In this document: positions 1 to 8,198 of the stretch, piece by piece | Layout of the letters: every line of letters begins with the position of its first letter | Position numbering within the stretch: the first letter of the stretch is position 1 | Virus record (IMG/VR): IMGVR_UViG_3300043172_000799 | Coordinates: 156,944 to 168,384 of that record | Direction: 5' to 3' (one strand) | Length of the DNA stretch: 11,441 nt | Source of the DNA: a virus | Taxonomy: Duplodnaviria > Heunggongvirae > Uroviricota > Caudoviricetes | Translations under genes and position numbers: made by a program | Notes under the pieces: generated by a model | What the model was told of the DNA's origin: nothing | Seen by the model: the letters and a program-made list of their open reading frames with translations, nothing else | Database searches by the model: none

Positions 1-1
1 A

Positions 2-679
2 ATTTTCTAAACATACTTGGATGATTGGTTCCATCTCATCATAGGAATATCCTAATTCTTCTTCATCAGTTTGCCCATTCCATAAGCCAGCAGAAGGAAT
101 TCTATCAATCATATCTTCATTAAGCATTCCAATTTCTACGAAATAATCAAGTAGTTGATAAACTTCTGATTTATAAAGTTCTCCAATTGGAAAGAAATCA
201 GCTAACGCATCACCACCTTTTGTATCATATCCTATGAAATCCTCACTGAGATTTCCAGTTCCAAGAACACGTGCTCTTTTTTTAAGGGTCTCTCCAAGCT
301 TACAGTTTAATGTATAAAGATAAATCATTCTCATTCGTGAACGAAGATTGCCTTCATTTATTGTAGATAGAGCTGTTCCAGGTCCAGTCATTTCTTTTTT
401 AACAGCACTTACTGAATTTGTTATAGAAAAAGTTCTATAATTAATTTCTAGTTTTGTGGCTAAGTTTGCTGATCTAAGATTAAATGTTTTAGCATCTAAT
501 TTATTATAAGGCATTCCATAACCATAAACATTTTCTTTTCCAAGTGCTAACACACAAAGACAAGCTACAAGAGTAGAATCAGCTCCTCCTGAGAGTCCTA
601 TTGTGGCTATTTCCATATTAGATTTTATGCTAGATTTGATATCTTCTATTATATTTTCTATTTCAGTTGTTTTTATCAT
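2..679 (-). CDS. nadE: NH3-dependent NAD+ synthetase, 3' end beyond window
   Basis: Not in the ORF track; translated by hand from ATG 679 (SD AGGAGG): MIKTTEIEN...IGLSGGADSTLVA...EGNLRSRMRM...GTGNLSEDFIGYDTKGGD...PIGELYKSEV...PSAGLWNGQTDEEELG. These are the NadE signature motifs. No N-terminal glutaminase domain. No stop before the window edge. Confidence 0.95.
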   Translation of the reverse strand, partial: MIKTTEIENIIEDIKSSIKSNMEIATIGLSGGADSTLVACLCVLALGKENVYGYGMPYNKLDAKTFNLRSANLATKLEINYRTFSITNSVSAVKKEMTGPGTALSTINEGNLRSRMRMIYLYTLNCKLGETLKKRARVLGTGNLSEDFIGYDTKGGDALADFFPIGELYKSEVYQLLDYFVEIGMLNEDMIDRIPSAGLWNGQTDEEELGYSYDEMEPIIQVCLEN

Positions 680-756
680 ATATCCTCCTTCCCCTGTTAA
701 TGTGCTTTCTACCTTTACAGATACTTTTAATCATATCTCCTAAATATCTTCATATA

Positions 757-781
757 GAGACTAGAAATGTACTCTAGTCTC
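757..781. other. Perfect 9-bp inverted repeat between vWA gene and nadE
   Basis: GAGACTAGA-aatgtac-TCTAGTCTC. No U-tract follows on the minus strand, so it is not a classic intrinsic terminator. Confidence 0.6.
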
Positions 782-792
782 CAATCAATTTA

Positions 793-1521
793 CTAGAAGG
801 TTAAGTCAATACTAGTCCCAGATGCCAGACTCTGTGAAGCACTACTAATTGATTTATTTACAAACTGAGCCAACTTTGCTAGATTCTCTGGAGTTGCATC
901 CCCCATTGATAAATAATGATCTAAACCTGCCTCATCTTTAAACTTTTGGAGAGCAGAAGCACATTGAGTATCATTTACCCCAATAAGTATAGTAAAAATT
1001 GTACCAGAAAGTTCTTCATTCTGAGTTACCTCATCCACTTTATTTCTTACAGCAGAGACATTTAATTTTGAATGCCTATCTTCACCATCACTTATTAAGA
1101 AGTTCACACAATTTACATCCATAAAGTGGTCATTTGTAAGAATGTTTGCATAATCAATTGTACTTCCAATTGCTTCATATGCAGCATCAAATAATGCTGT
1201 TCCCCCACCTGCTCTTACAGTGTAGTAGGTATCTACAAGATCAGCTACAGCTCTGAATCCATGCACTTCTTCTAATTCATGGTTAAAATAAACCACTCTA
1301 ACCAGAATGTTTTCAACTCTAGGATTCTTTTTACAACTACCAATTACAGTGGACACAGCTTCTGATAGTTCATTTTCAAAAGGACTTACACTTCCAGATT
1401 TATCCACAATAATATTAACCAGAGTGTATTCGCTGGCTTCCAATTTCTCTGGCTTTACAGCACTATATCCAAATGTACTCCCTGAGATTTTATTCTTAAT
1501 CATTTCTTCTAATTTTGGCAT
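793..1521 (-). CDS. von Willebrand factor A (vWA) domain protein
   Basis: MIDAS DxSxS (IVDKSGSV), GGGTALFDA, and LISDGED; SD GGAGG upstream. Confidence 0.9.
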   Translation of the reverse strand: MPKLEEMIKNKISGSTFGYSAVKPEKLEASEYTLVNIIVDKSGSVSPFENELSEAVSTVIGSCKKNPRVENILVRVVYFNHELEEVHGFRAVADLVDTYYTVRAGGGTALFDAAYEAIGSTIDYANILTNDHFMDVNCVNFLISDGEDRHSKLNVSAVRNKVDEVTQNEELSGTIFTILIGVNDTQCASALQKFKDEAGLDHYLSMGDATPENLAKLAQFVNKSISSASQSLASGTSIDLTF

Positions 1522-1531
1522 TTAATCCTCC

Positions 1532-1978
1532 TTAAAATCCAGTCTGTGAAGTGAAAAAATCAATAGTACCATTTCCAATTACAGAAACTTCTCTACCATG
1601 TACTATTTCATCATCTTCATCAGTGTATGCAAAATCTCGATGAGTGATTATAATATCCCCGTCAAAATCTTCAATTAATGTTGTAGTAAATTTTCTTTCA
1701 GTATGGTTATTAAAATCTGGATTATATTTTAATACTTCATCCAGTAGAAAAATACTGACCAATCCAGCATCAGCACAGAAATTACCAATGGGTTTTCCCG
1801 TTCCTTTTTCAAGTGTAGTACAACTCCAATCCCCATATCCAGTACCTCTTGTTAGATAAGTGGTGATTCCCAATTTTTCCATTTTACTACCATACTCACA
1901 TTTACCCCAATCTTCATCTGAGTCATCTCGGATGATATAACAAGGATCTGTGATAATTATATGCCCTTTAAATTTCAT
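1532..1978 (-). CDS. Hypothetical protein, 148 aa
   Basis: ORF with SD GGAG, packed between pncA and the vWA gene. Motif-like segments IIITDPCY, GYGDWSC, FCADAGLV. No family assigned. Confidence 0.85.
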   Translation of the reverse strand: MKFKGHIIITDPCYIIRDDSDEDWGKCEYGSKMEKLGITTYLTRGTGYGDWSCTTLEKGTGKPIGNFCADAGLVSIFLLDEVLKYNPDFNNHTERKFTTTLIEDFDGDIIITHRDFAYTDEDDEIVHGREVSVIGNGTIDFFTSQTGF

Positions 1979-1987
1979 TCTATACTC

Positions 1988-2779
1988 CTAATCAAAACAA
2001 GTATCTGATGTTACTACATGTCCACCAGCATTTCTCACATACTCAAAGAAATCCGTCTCAGCCTGTTCAAATCCCGTAACTGCATCCATACAGTCACTCA
2101 GGACATAAAACTTAGAGAGATGTTCTTTCCCACAATTCTCAATCAACTGCTCTGTAGAACGTTTGACACAGTGACTACTGGCTTCCCCCACTATGAACAA
2201 TCTATCACAATCTTCCAGAAGAGAAAGGTAGGATGGATCAAACTGTGTACGGGGGTCATCAGAAGTTGGTACTTCAGCACTGAATACACCATAGTTCTCA
2301 GTTTTGAAATTACTTCCTTTAGTAAGTCTGGTAGCAATGGCTTTATTGGAGGTTTCCCACTCTCTTACTGCTTCCAATACAGGAGTGTAAACAGCACCAC
2401 CTTCTGATCCAATGATACAGTGTGGAGGCCATATACAAAGTATGTTCTTACCTGTCTTTTTCAGTTCCTCTGTGTAATACAAGCTCCACTCTTTCAAGGG
2501 GAGGGGTGTCTTCCATACACTGTTTACTACATCAGCATGTGAAATAAGTGTGAATGGATCGGGATGCTCACCTTTCTCATTCGTCCACATAATGGGATGT
2601 GCAATATGCATATCGTAATGGGAATCGAGTGTGATAAAAATATCATCAATCTTTCTACCATTATCTGCAATCAATTTAGCAACACGATCCATTGAGCTTT
2701 CCGCATTGGGAACTGACAATGCTCCTGTGGGAAGTACAAAATCCAACTGTGGATCTACAATTAAAATCTTTATTTTCAT
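1988..2779 (-). CDS. pncA: Nicotinamidase (isochorismatase/cysteine hydrolase family)
   Basis: LIVDPQLDFV (catalytic D), GALSV, metal ligands DSH..H, WPPHCIIGSEG, KG (catalytic K), GEASSHCV (nucleophile C). Lies in the same unit as nadE. Confidence 0.9.
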   Translation of the reverse strand: MKIKILIVDPQLDFVLPTGALSVPNAESSMDRVAKLIADNGRKIDDIFITLDSHYDMHIAHPIMWTNEKGEHPDPFTLISHADVVNSVWKTPLPLKEWSLYYTEELKKTGKNILCIWPPHCIIGSEGGAVYTPVLEAVREWETSNKAIATRLTKGSNFKTENYGVFSAEVPTSDDPRTQFDPSYLSLLEDCDRLFIVGEASSHCVKRSTEQLIENCGKEHLSKFYVLSDCMDAVTGFEQAETDFFEYVRNAGGHVVTSDTCFD

Positions 2780-2802
2780 ATAATTTCTCCTTTTGTTAAT
2801 TT

Positions 2803-2831
2803 AATATAATCTATTTATTTAATTTTGTCAA
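2803..2831 (-). promoter_or_regulatory. sigma70-type promoter of the pncA-nadE unit
   Basis: TTGACA (2831-2826), 17-nt spacer, TATATT (2808-2803), then AAGGAGAAATTATATG. Confidence 0.8.
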
Positions 2832-2834
2832 TGA

Positions 2835-3233
2835 TTATCTGTTTGCTTTATCAAAATTAGGCAGATATTTACAAACTTTTTTGTAAAGACCTTCAACATC
2901 TATCATGGCCTTTCCTGATCTGTCCTGTCGGGAACAGGCATCTTTTAAAATACTTTCAGTGAGGTATCCTAATTGATGAGATCTTAAAACAGCTAACATT
3001 TTGTTTGTCTTCTTATCACAGATATCAGACCAAAGGACGTAGATATCTGTTCCATATATACCTATTGAATCAAGACTTAATATTGCACCGATAGACCCCA
3101 TAAAGTCATCAGGATCTATTTTTCCTTTATCCTCAATAATACTCATCATTGCTCCCACAGCTCCTGGGTTCCCTTCAGCCATTTTCGTAAGCATTGACAT
3201 AATATTGTCTTCTAAAGTAATTCTTTCATGCAT
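2835..3233 (-). CDS. Hypothetical phage protein, 132 aa
   Basis: ORF with its own promoter and SD AAGGAG. Segments MAEGNPGA and GIYGTDIYVLWSDIC. No function assigned. Confidence 0.85.
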   Translation of the reverse strand: MHERITLEDNIMSMLTKMAEGNPGAVGAMMSIIEDKGKIDPDDFMGSIGAILSLDSIGIYGTDIYVLWSDICDKKTNKMLAVLRSHQLGYLTESILKDACSRQDRSGKAMIDVEGLYKKVCKYLPNFDKANR

Positions 3234-3265
3234 ATAATTTCTCCTTATTCTTTAATATAATTAAG

Positions 3266-3294
3266 ACTATAGCACATTATACAGGTAGTGTCAA
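3266..3294 (-). promoter_or_regulatory. sigma70-type promoter
   Basis: TTGACA (3294-3289), 17-nt spacer, TATAGT (3271-3266). Confidence 0.8.
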
Positions 3295-3302
3295 GAGGTT
3301 TA

Positions 3303-4757
3303 TTAAATATCTTCTAGATCCTGTAGATCCTCTTCTGAATATCCTGCTTCACAAATGACTTCATTATAGTTAGGAATATCCTTTTTCCACCTACTATCTA
3401 TAATAGGTCTTCCAATTGTGAAATTCTGGAGAGATACAATCTCTCCAGAATATTCATCATTTCTACCAGATCCTGAGATTCGCATTATACCTCTATCTTT
3501 TTCGGCATCTGTCTGATTTAAACTAAGAAGGAGAGAAGCATGGTGAAATAATTCATATGATTCTGCAATAGTTTGTTCAGATCCACCAATCTTCAAACCT
3601 TGTTTAGAGAACTGGATAGGAGCAAAGACTACCAACCCCATCTCTTCACAAAGTTCCCTTTTTATTCTAACGGCAGTATCTCCATATTGATGTCTCTTCT
3701 CTGTCCCCTTTGCACCGGAGATTAGAGAAAGCTGATCGATCACAATTACATCAAAATCAACACCCTCATATTGGGATTTATTAATAATGGTATTTTTTAT
3801 ACTATCAATACTTGAACCACCAGATGTGGTGTCTAAGAGGTGAAATTCCCCAGGATTACATTGTCTATCAAATAGCTTATAAACTCTTTTTGCTTTGGCA
3901 GGAGTGAGTTGTTGTATCGCATGTTTCTTATGTAGAATATTTCCATTCTTATCAAACTCTGGAATGTACTTCTTATCTCGTATTTTCTTGAATGTCTTTC
4001 CACTAACAAACTGTGCAATTCTTTTTCCAAACAGTTTTTTATTCATTTCCAAAGACCAGTACCCAACAGTCAATCCTGCCTGTACTGCATACATAGCAAT
4101 TTGCATACTATAAAAACTCTTTCCTCTCTTTGAATTTCCACCAATCATGATAAAATCACCCTGTACTATTTCAGGAACTAATTCCCCCAAAGCACCTGGA
4201 ATTTCAAAGAGAGTATCCTCCTGTACAAATAATTCATTCAGTGCCTCCATATCTTTAAAGACATTTACACCCTTAGTATTGTTAACTTCTTTTCTTACAT
4301 AATCTTTCTGCTCTCTTTCTGCTTCCTGAATTTTACCCTGAGAGACAAGTCCCTTAATCCTATCTGCGGATTCATCTAGTGATCTGCCTTTGATATATTG
4401 CTCAACCTGATTGTAAATTAATTCAGCATCAAACTTCTGTTTGTTCTCTAAATACTTTTCATTAATATTTTCCAAAGCCGATTCAATCAGATACACATCC
4501 TCTTCTGATTGGATATTTTTCTGTTCTGCTTTGTATATATCCATAATAGAAGTATTACAAGCAGTCTCATAATCATTATAATACTGGAGACTCCACATAA
4601 TAATAATTCTGAGATATTTACTCTTTAGTAAATCTATATCATCTCCAATGAGAAGATTAAATTTCCGGCAGAATTGTGTAGAGACAATTGTTCCGATGGC
4701 AATATTCAGTTCATCATCTAAGGAAACCTTAGACCTCCGGTACTTCGCCATAAACAT
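3303..4757 (-). CDS. DnaB-like (SF4) replicative helicase
   Basis: Walker A GNSKRGKS, YWSLEM (H1a catalytic E), Walker B VIVIDQL, PIQFSK (H3); SD AAGGAGG. Confidence 0.85.
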   Translation of the reverse strand: MFMAKYRRSKVSLDDELNIAIGTIVSTQFCRKFNLLIGDDIDLLKSKYLRIIIMWSLQYYNDYETACNTSIMDIYKAEQKNIQSEEDVYLIESALENINEKYLENKQKFDAELIYNQVEQYIKGRSLDESADRIKGLVSQGKIQEAEREQKDYVRKEVNNTKGVNVFKDMEALNELFVQEDTLFEIPGALGELVPEIVQGDFIMIGGNSKRGKSFYSMQIAMYAVQAGLTVGYWSLEMNKKLFGKRIAQFVSGKTFKKIRDKKYIPEFDKNGNILHKKHAIQQLTPAKAKRVYKLFDRQCNPGEFHLLDTTSGGSSIDSIKNTIINKSQYEGVDFDVIVIDQLSLISGAKGTEKRHQYGDTAVRIKRELCEEMGLVVFAPIQFSKQGLKIGGSEQTIAESYELFHHASLLLSLNQTDAEKDRGIMRISGSGRNDEYSGEIVSLQNFTIGRPIIDSRWKKDIPNYNEVICEAGYSEEDLQDLEDI

Positions 4758-5286
4758 TTCCCTCCTTAGATCTATATTTCAAGTAAGAAAACTCTTTGAA
4801 GTAATTCCCCTCTGCATCCTTACGAACTCTGACAGCTTCTTCTTTGGTAGAGAATCCACCCAAACAGTGATCTTTCCCATCTACAGTGATTTTTGCAACC
4901 CATTTATCCCACTTCTTATCAAACGTAACTCCTTTACACCCAGAGGTATTGTTGGATCGTAATTTAGTGTTCATGGAATTCTGACTACATGTAGCTGGAC
5001 GTAAATTGTTTTTTCTATTATTTAGACCATTCCCATCTTTATGCTCTACAATGAATCCCTCCTCACATGGTAAGATTATCTGATGTATTTTAGTCTCTCC
5101 AGATGAGCCACGTATCCCAGCACGTGCATAGGCTAGTCCACCTCTATAAGTTTTTTTTCCCCAGCAATAATTACGCACATTTTCATAATCCTCTGTATCA
5201 ATTATTGCATAGCCTTCACTATTAAAAAAGAATATTTTAGTGTAAACCCCACATACTTCAATAGGGTTTGTTTTGTATTTTTCCAT
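4729..5286 (-). CDS. HNH homing endonuclease with C-terminal AP2 domain
   Basis: VEHKDGNGLNNRKNNLR (HNH_3 type), then NNTSGCKGV..W.AKI...LGGFSTKEEA (AP2). Start placed at ATG 5286 (TGATG overlap with upstream stop) rather than TTG 5289. Confidence 0.9.
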   Translation of the reverse strand: MEKYKTNPIEVCGVYTKIFFFNSEGYAIIDTEDYENVRNYCWGKKTYRGGLAYARAGIRGSSGETKIHQIILPCEEGFIVEHKDGNGLNNRKNNLRPATCSQNSMNTKLRSNNTSGCKGVTFDKKWDKWVAKITVDGKDHCLGGFSTKEEAVRVRKDAEGNYFKEFSYLKYRSKEGNVYGEVPEV

Positions 5287-5915
5287 CAAACCCCCTCATT
5301 CTCTATTCTATATTTTGTAGCCCCATTCCTACTAAAATTATGGTGATATATCTTATTAACCCACTCTAGAAACTCTTCTTTGCTCAATGCTCTTTTGGAA
5401 AAGTTGCATTGAGAACAACATGGCACACTGTTCTCAATGGTGTACCCATATGCACTATCTACTCTATCTATACCATTTATCTCCAATATTTCTTCAGACA
5501 TTTTCTTACCTAGCATCCTTTCGTGTCTGTCTTTTATTACTCTTGAATAAGGAGTACCACAATAACTGCAACTTGATTTTGATAGTTCTTTAAATTTTAA
5601 GAGAGATATCACCTCTCCTGTCATATTTTTTGTGTTGTGTCTCCTTTTTAAGTGTGAATACTGGACTCGTAACATAGCATCTTGCCTGTCTGCATATACT
5701 CCAAATTGATTCCCACTTTTATGTAAGAACTCCACCTTTAAACATCCACAACTTTTAGATTTCCCACTGGATAAATTATCGGATGTCACTATTTTTTTAT
5801 TGCCACAATCGCATGAGCATAGCCATAAATGCTTTCCCCTATGATCCTTACCTCTGTGCTCTTTAGCTATGAGTCTTCCGTATCTTTTATTTGTTCGATC
5901 TAAAAACCTAGGCAT
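5286..5915 (-). CDS. HNH endonuclease with N-terminal Cys-rich DNA-binding module
   Basis: YGRL...WLCSCDCG...NLSSGKSKSCGC N-terminal module; CSYCG...GIDRVDSAYGYTIENSVPCCSQCN zinc-bound HNH core. Confidence 0.85.
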   Translation of the reverse strand: MPRFLDRTNKRYGRLIAKEHRGKDHRGKHLWLCSCDCGNKKIVTSDNLSSGKSKSCGCLKVEFLHKSGNQFGVYADRQDAMLRVQYSHLKRRHNTKNMTGEVISLLKFKELSKSSCSYCGTPYSRVIKDRHERMLGKKMSEEILEINGIDRVDSAYGYTIENSVPCCSQCNFSKRALSKEEFLEWVNKIYHHNFSRNGATKYRIENEGV

Positions 5916-7656
5916 CCCTTTTCCTCCTCTCTGCTCTTCTTTTAATTCTGTTAACTAGAGTAGTCAATGTACTTAAAGCATATTCAGCCTCATCTACGTC
6001 TATTCCTTCAATTATCTTATCAAACATTTCCTGCTTTCTATCTATTATTCTAAAGAAGTCTTCGTCAATGGAATCTAGCCCTACAAGAAAGTAAACCAGA
6101 ACTGACCCCAGTTGACCAATTCTTACCAATCTATCTATAGCTTGCCGTAACATCCCAGGATGCCAAGGGAATTCTAGGAAGCACATAGTAGAACAGACCT
6201 CTTGGAGACCATTCACGCCTTCTCCCATGCTCTTCATATTACCAATGATGATTTTAACACTAGGATCGTTCATGAAGGCTTTCTTAGCTTTATCTCTTTC
6301 TTCAGTAGAACAGCTTCCATCTATCTTAACAATAGCCTTACCATATCTCTCCATGACATCAGATACAACTTTCTTATGGTGTGCAAATAACACCACCTTG
6401 TCCACTTTCTCTAGAAGATCATCTATAAATTCAAAACAGCCATCTTTCTTCTGTTGGTAAATTTCTTGACGTAGATCATTAGTTCTTTTGAATGCAATGT
6501 TCTTATCAAAATCTCCCTTCAACTTTCTTATATAGTTCTCATAGTCATCGTAGATCTTATCATATTCTTTTCTATTTTTAAAATCTATAGAGATAACTTG
6601 CCGTACTTCCTCTGGGAGATCCTTAAGAACATCCTTCTTTAAGAATCTAATCATTATATTATTGACTAAAATATCATGAAGTTCAGCAGTGTTTGATGCA
6701 CCATTGAAAGATTGTACTTTTTTCTTCTTTCCATTTTTAGTTTTCTTCCCATTATAGTACTCAGTTCCTAAGCAATATCTGTTATTAAAAGAAAACCTAT
6801 TTTTAAATAGATCTGGTCGATGCATATGGAGTACATTATATATCTCTTTTGGGGAATTCAAGAATGGCGTACCTGATAATGAAAGAAGGTGTTCCACATC
6901 ATCAGCTAAATATGCAACTGCCTTTGCGGTTTTACTTTCTTCCCCACCCAGTTTATGCGCTTCATCTATTATGAGCATGGCAAATCTATTCTTCTTAAAT
7001 TCTTTTAAGCTATCAGATGGAGATTCCACTATTTCTGTTTCAACTTCTGTTTCTATCCAGTTCCTAGGATAAACACCATATGCAGAAACTATAATATCAT
7101 ACTCGTCATGGTAATTAACTAAATCCTTAGAAGATTTAATAATCTTTACTTTATCACCTTTATTAATGAATTTTTTGTATTCATCGAGCCATCCCATCTT
7201 AACAGATACCGGAGCGATGACCAGTACAGGGAACTTCTCTAACCAATCTAATCCTATTAGGGAAACCATCGTCTTCCCCAAACCACAATCTAACGCCAAA
7301 AGAGCATTAAAATTATGATGTTTGAGGAACCTTAGTGTTTCTTTTTGAAAAGGGTAGGCATAATCATATTCACTAGGAATTACTATATCTTTCCAACTAT
7401 CGTCAATTTGGGTATTCTTCCACTTCCTATACAACTCAGAACTCATACTAAAATTGTGCTTGTGCAACATTTCTGCATATTCATCTTTAAATATCAACAT
7501 CCACTCATTCGTGGAGCTAATAAACTTTTTATCATCTTTTGGAATATTTTGCATTACCTTTAGTATTTTTTTAAAGTCAGACCCACCATTGAACTTTACA
7601 ACAATCCAATTGCTGTCATTTAATCTTGCTTTTTTGATAGGAATCTCCTTCCTCAA
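5908..7656 (-). CDS. SNF2-family helicase/ATPase with possible N-terminal HARP-like domain
   Basis: Motif I LDCGLGKT, II IIDEAH, III LSGTP, V GEGVN, VI QAIDRLVRIGQ. Start is TTG with an in-frame TAA two codons upstream, so the exact start is uncertain. Confidence 0.9.
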   Translation of the reverse strand: MRKEIPIKKARLNDSNWIVVKFNGGSDFKKILKVMQNIPKDDKKFISSTNEWMLIFKDEYAEMLHKHNFSMSSELYRKWKNTQIDDSWKDIVIPSEYDYAYPFQKETLRFLKHHNFNALLALDCGLGKTMVSLIGLDWLEKFPVLVIAPVSVKMGWLDEYKKFINKGDKVKIIKSSKDLVNYHDEYDIIVSAYGVYPRNWIETEVETEIVESPSDSLKEFKKNRFAMLIIDEAHKLGGEESKTAKAVAYLADDVEHLLSLSGTPFLNSPKEIYNVLHMHRPDLFKNRFSFNNRYCLGTEYYNGKKTKNGKKKKVQSFNGASNTAELHDILVNNIMIRFLKKDVLKDLPEEVRQVISIDFKNRKEYDKIYDDYENYIRKLKGDFDKNIAFKRTNDLRQEIYQQKKDGCFEFIDDLLEKVDKVVLFAHHKKVVSDVMERYGKAIVKIDGSCSTEERDKAKKAFMNDPSVKIIIGNMKSMGEGVNGLQEVCSTMCFLEFPWHPGMLRQAIDRLVRIGQLGSVLVYFLVGLDSIDEDFFRIIDRKQEMFDKIIEGIDVDEAEYALSTLTTLVNRIKRRAERRKRDA

Positions 7657-7795
7657 ACTTTATTACGTAATTCTTCCCTTCTCCTTTCATGTTTACAAAA
7701 CTATATTTCTTACCACAAATAGGGCAGGGGTTGGCAACTTCACCTATTATCAGTTCTCCATTATTTCCACAGAGGCATTTGATTGTTGTTTCCAT
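7616..7795 (-). CDS. Small zinc-ribbon-like protein, 59 aa
   Basis: Below the ORF track cutoff; read by hand: METTIKCLCGNNGELIIGEVANPCPICGKKYSFVNMKGEGKNYVIKFEEGDSYQKSKIK. SD AAGGA; CxC and CPxCG; fills the gap between neighbours. Confidence 0.7.
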   Translation of the reverse strand: METTIKCLCGNNGELIIGEVANPCPICGKKYSFVNMKGEGKNYVIKFEEGDSYQKSKIK

Positions 7796-7805
7796 TTACA
7801 TATCC

Positions 7806-7997
7806 TTATCTAGTCTTTAGCTTACTATACTCTGTTTCATTCATGTATACTTCAACAGATTTGGTATCCTTATTGCAGAAATTTCCATTTTTATTTTCAT
7901 TCAAATGATTGCACATAATGTATTCAAAATGGCCCCATTGAGAACCAGTTTCAAAACATGATTCTAGACAACCACAAATTTTATCTTTTTCTTCCAT
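7806..7997 (-). CDS. Small Cys-rich hypothetical protein, 63 aa
   Basis: Abuts the upstream stop codon; five Cys plus His. Confidence 0.7.
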   Translation of the reverse strand: MEEKDKICGCLESCFETGSQWGHFEYIMCNHLNENKNGNFCNKDTKSVEVYMNETEYSKLKTR

Positions 7998-8198
7998 TCA
8001 TTTATCCTTCCCAATAATTTCATCTACTATCTTAGCAACATTATTTTTCTTAGCTAAATCCAAAATAACATGAAGAGCTTCCGGTAACATATACTCCTCT
8101 ATCCTTATCTTATCCCCATGCTCTTCTCTATACTTAAAAGTATTTTCCATGGTGTAAATTACGTTACTTACTATTGCTATCGCCTGTAATTCTTTCAT
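7998..8198 (-). CDS. Hypothetical protein, 66 aa
   Basis: Zero-gap packing with both neighbours. Confidence 0.75.
   Translation of the reverse strand: MKELQAIAIVSNVIYTMENTFKYREEHGDKIRIEEYMLPEALHVILDLAKKNNVAKIVDEIIGKDK

Noticed and set aside
663-734. 23-aa ORF MIKSICKGRKHINRGRRIYDKNN upstream of nadE
   Set aside because: GGAG is only 2 nt from the ATG, the ORF overlaps the nadE start, and nothing else supports it.
4729-5915. Group I intron or intein hosting the HNH genes
   Set aside because: The flanking helicase genes are each complete, the HNH ORFs overlap them directly, and there is no room for a ribozyme core.
7033-7053. TTCTGTTTC duplicated at 12-nt spacing in SNF2 (ETEVETEIVE)
   Set aside because: In-frame micro-duplication in a probable loop; no evidence of function.
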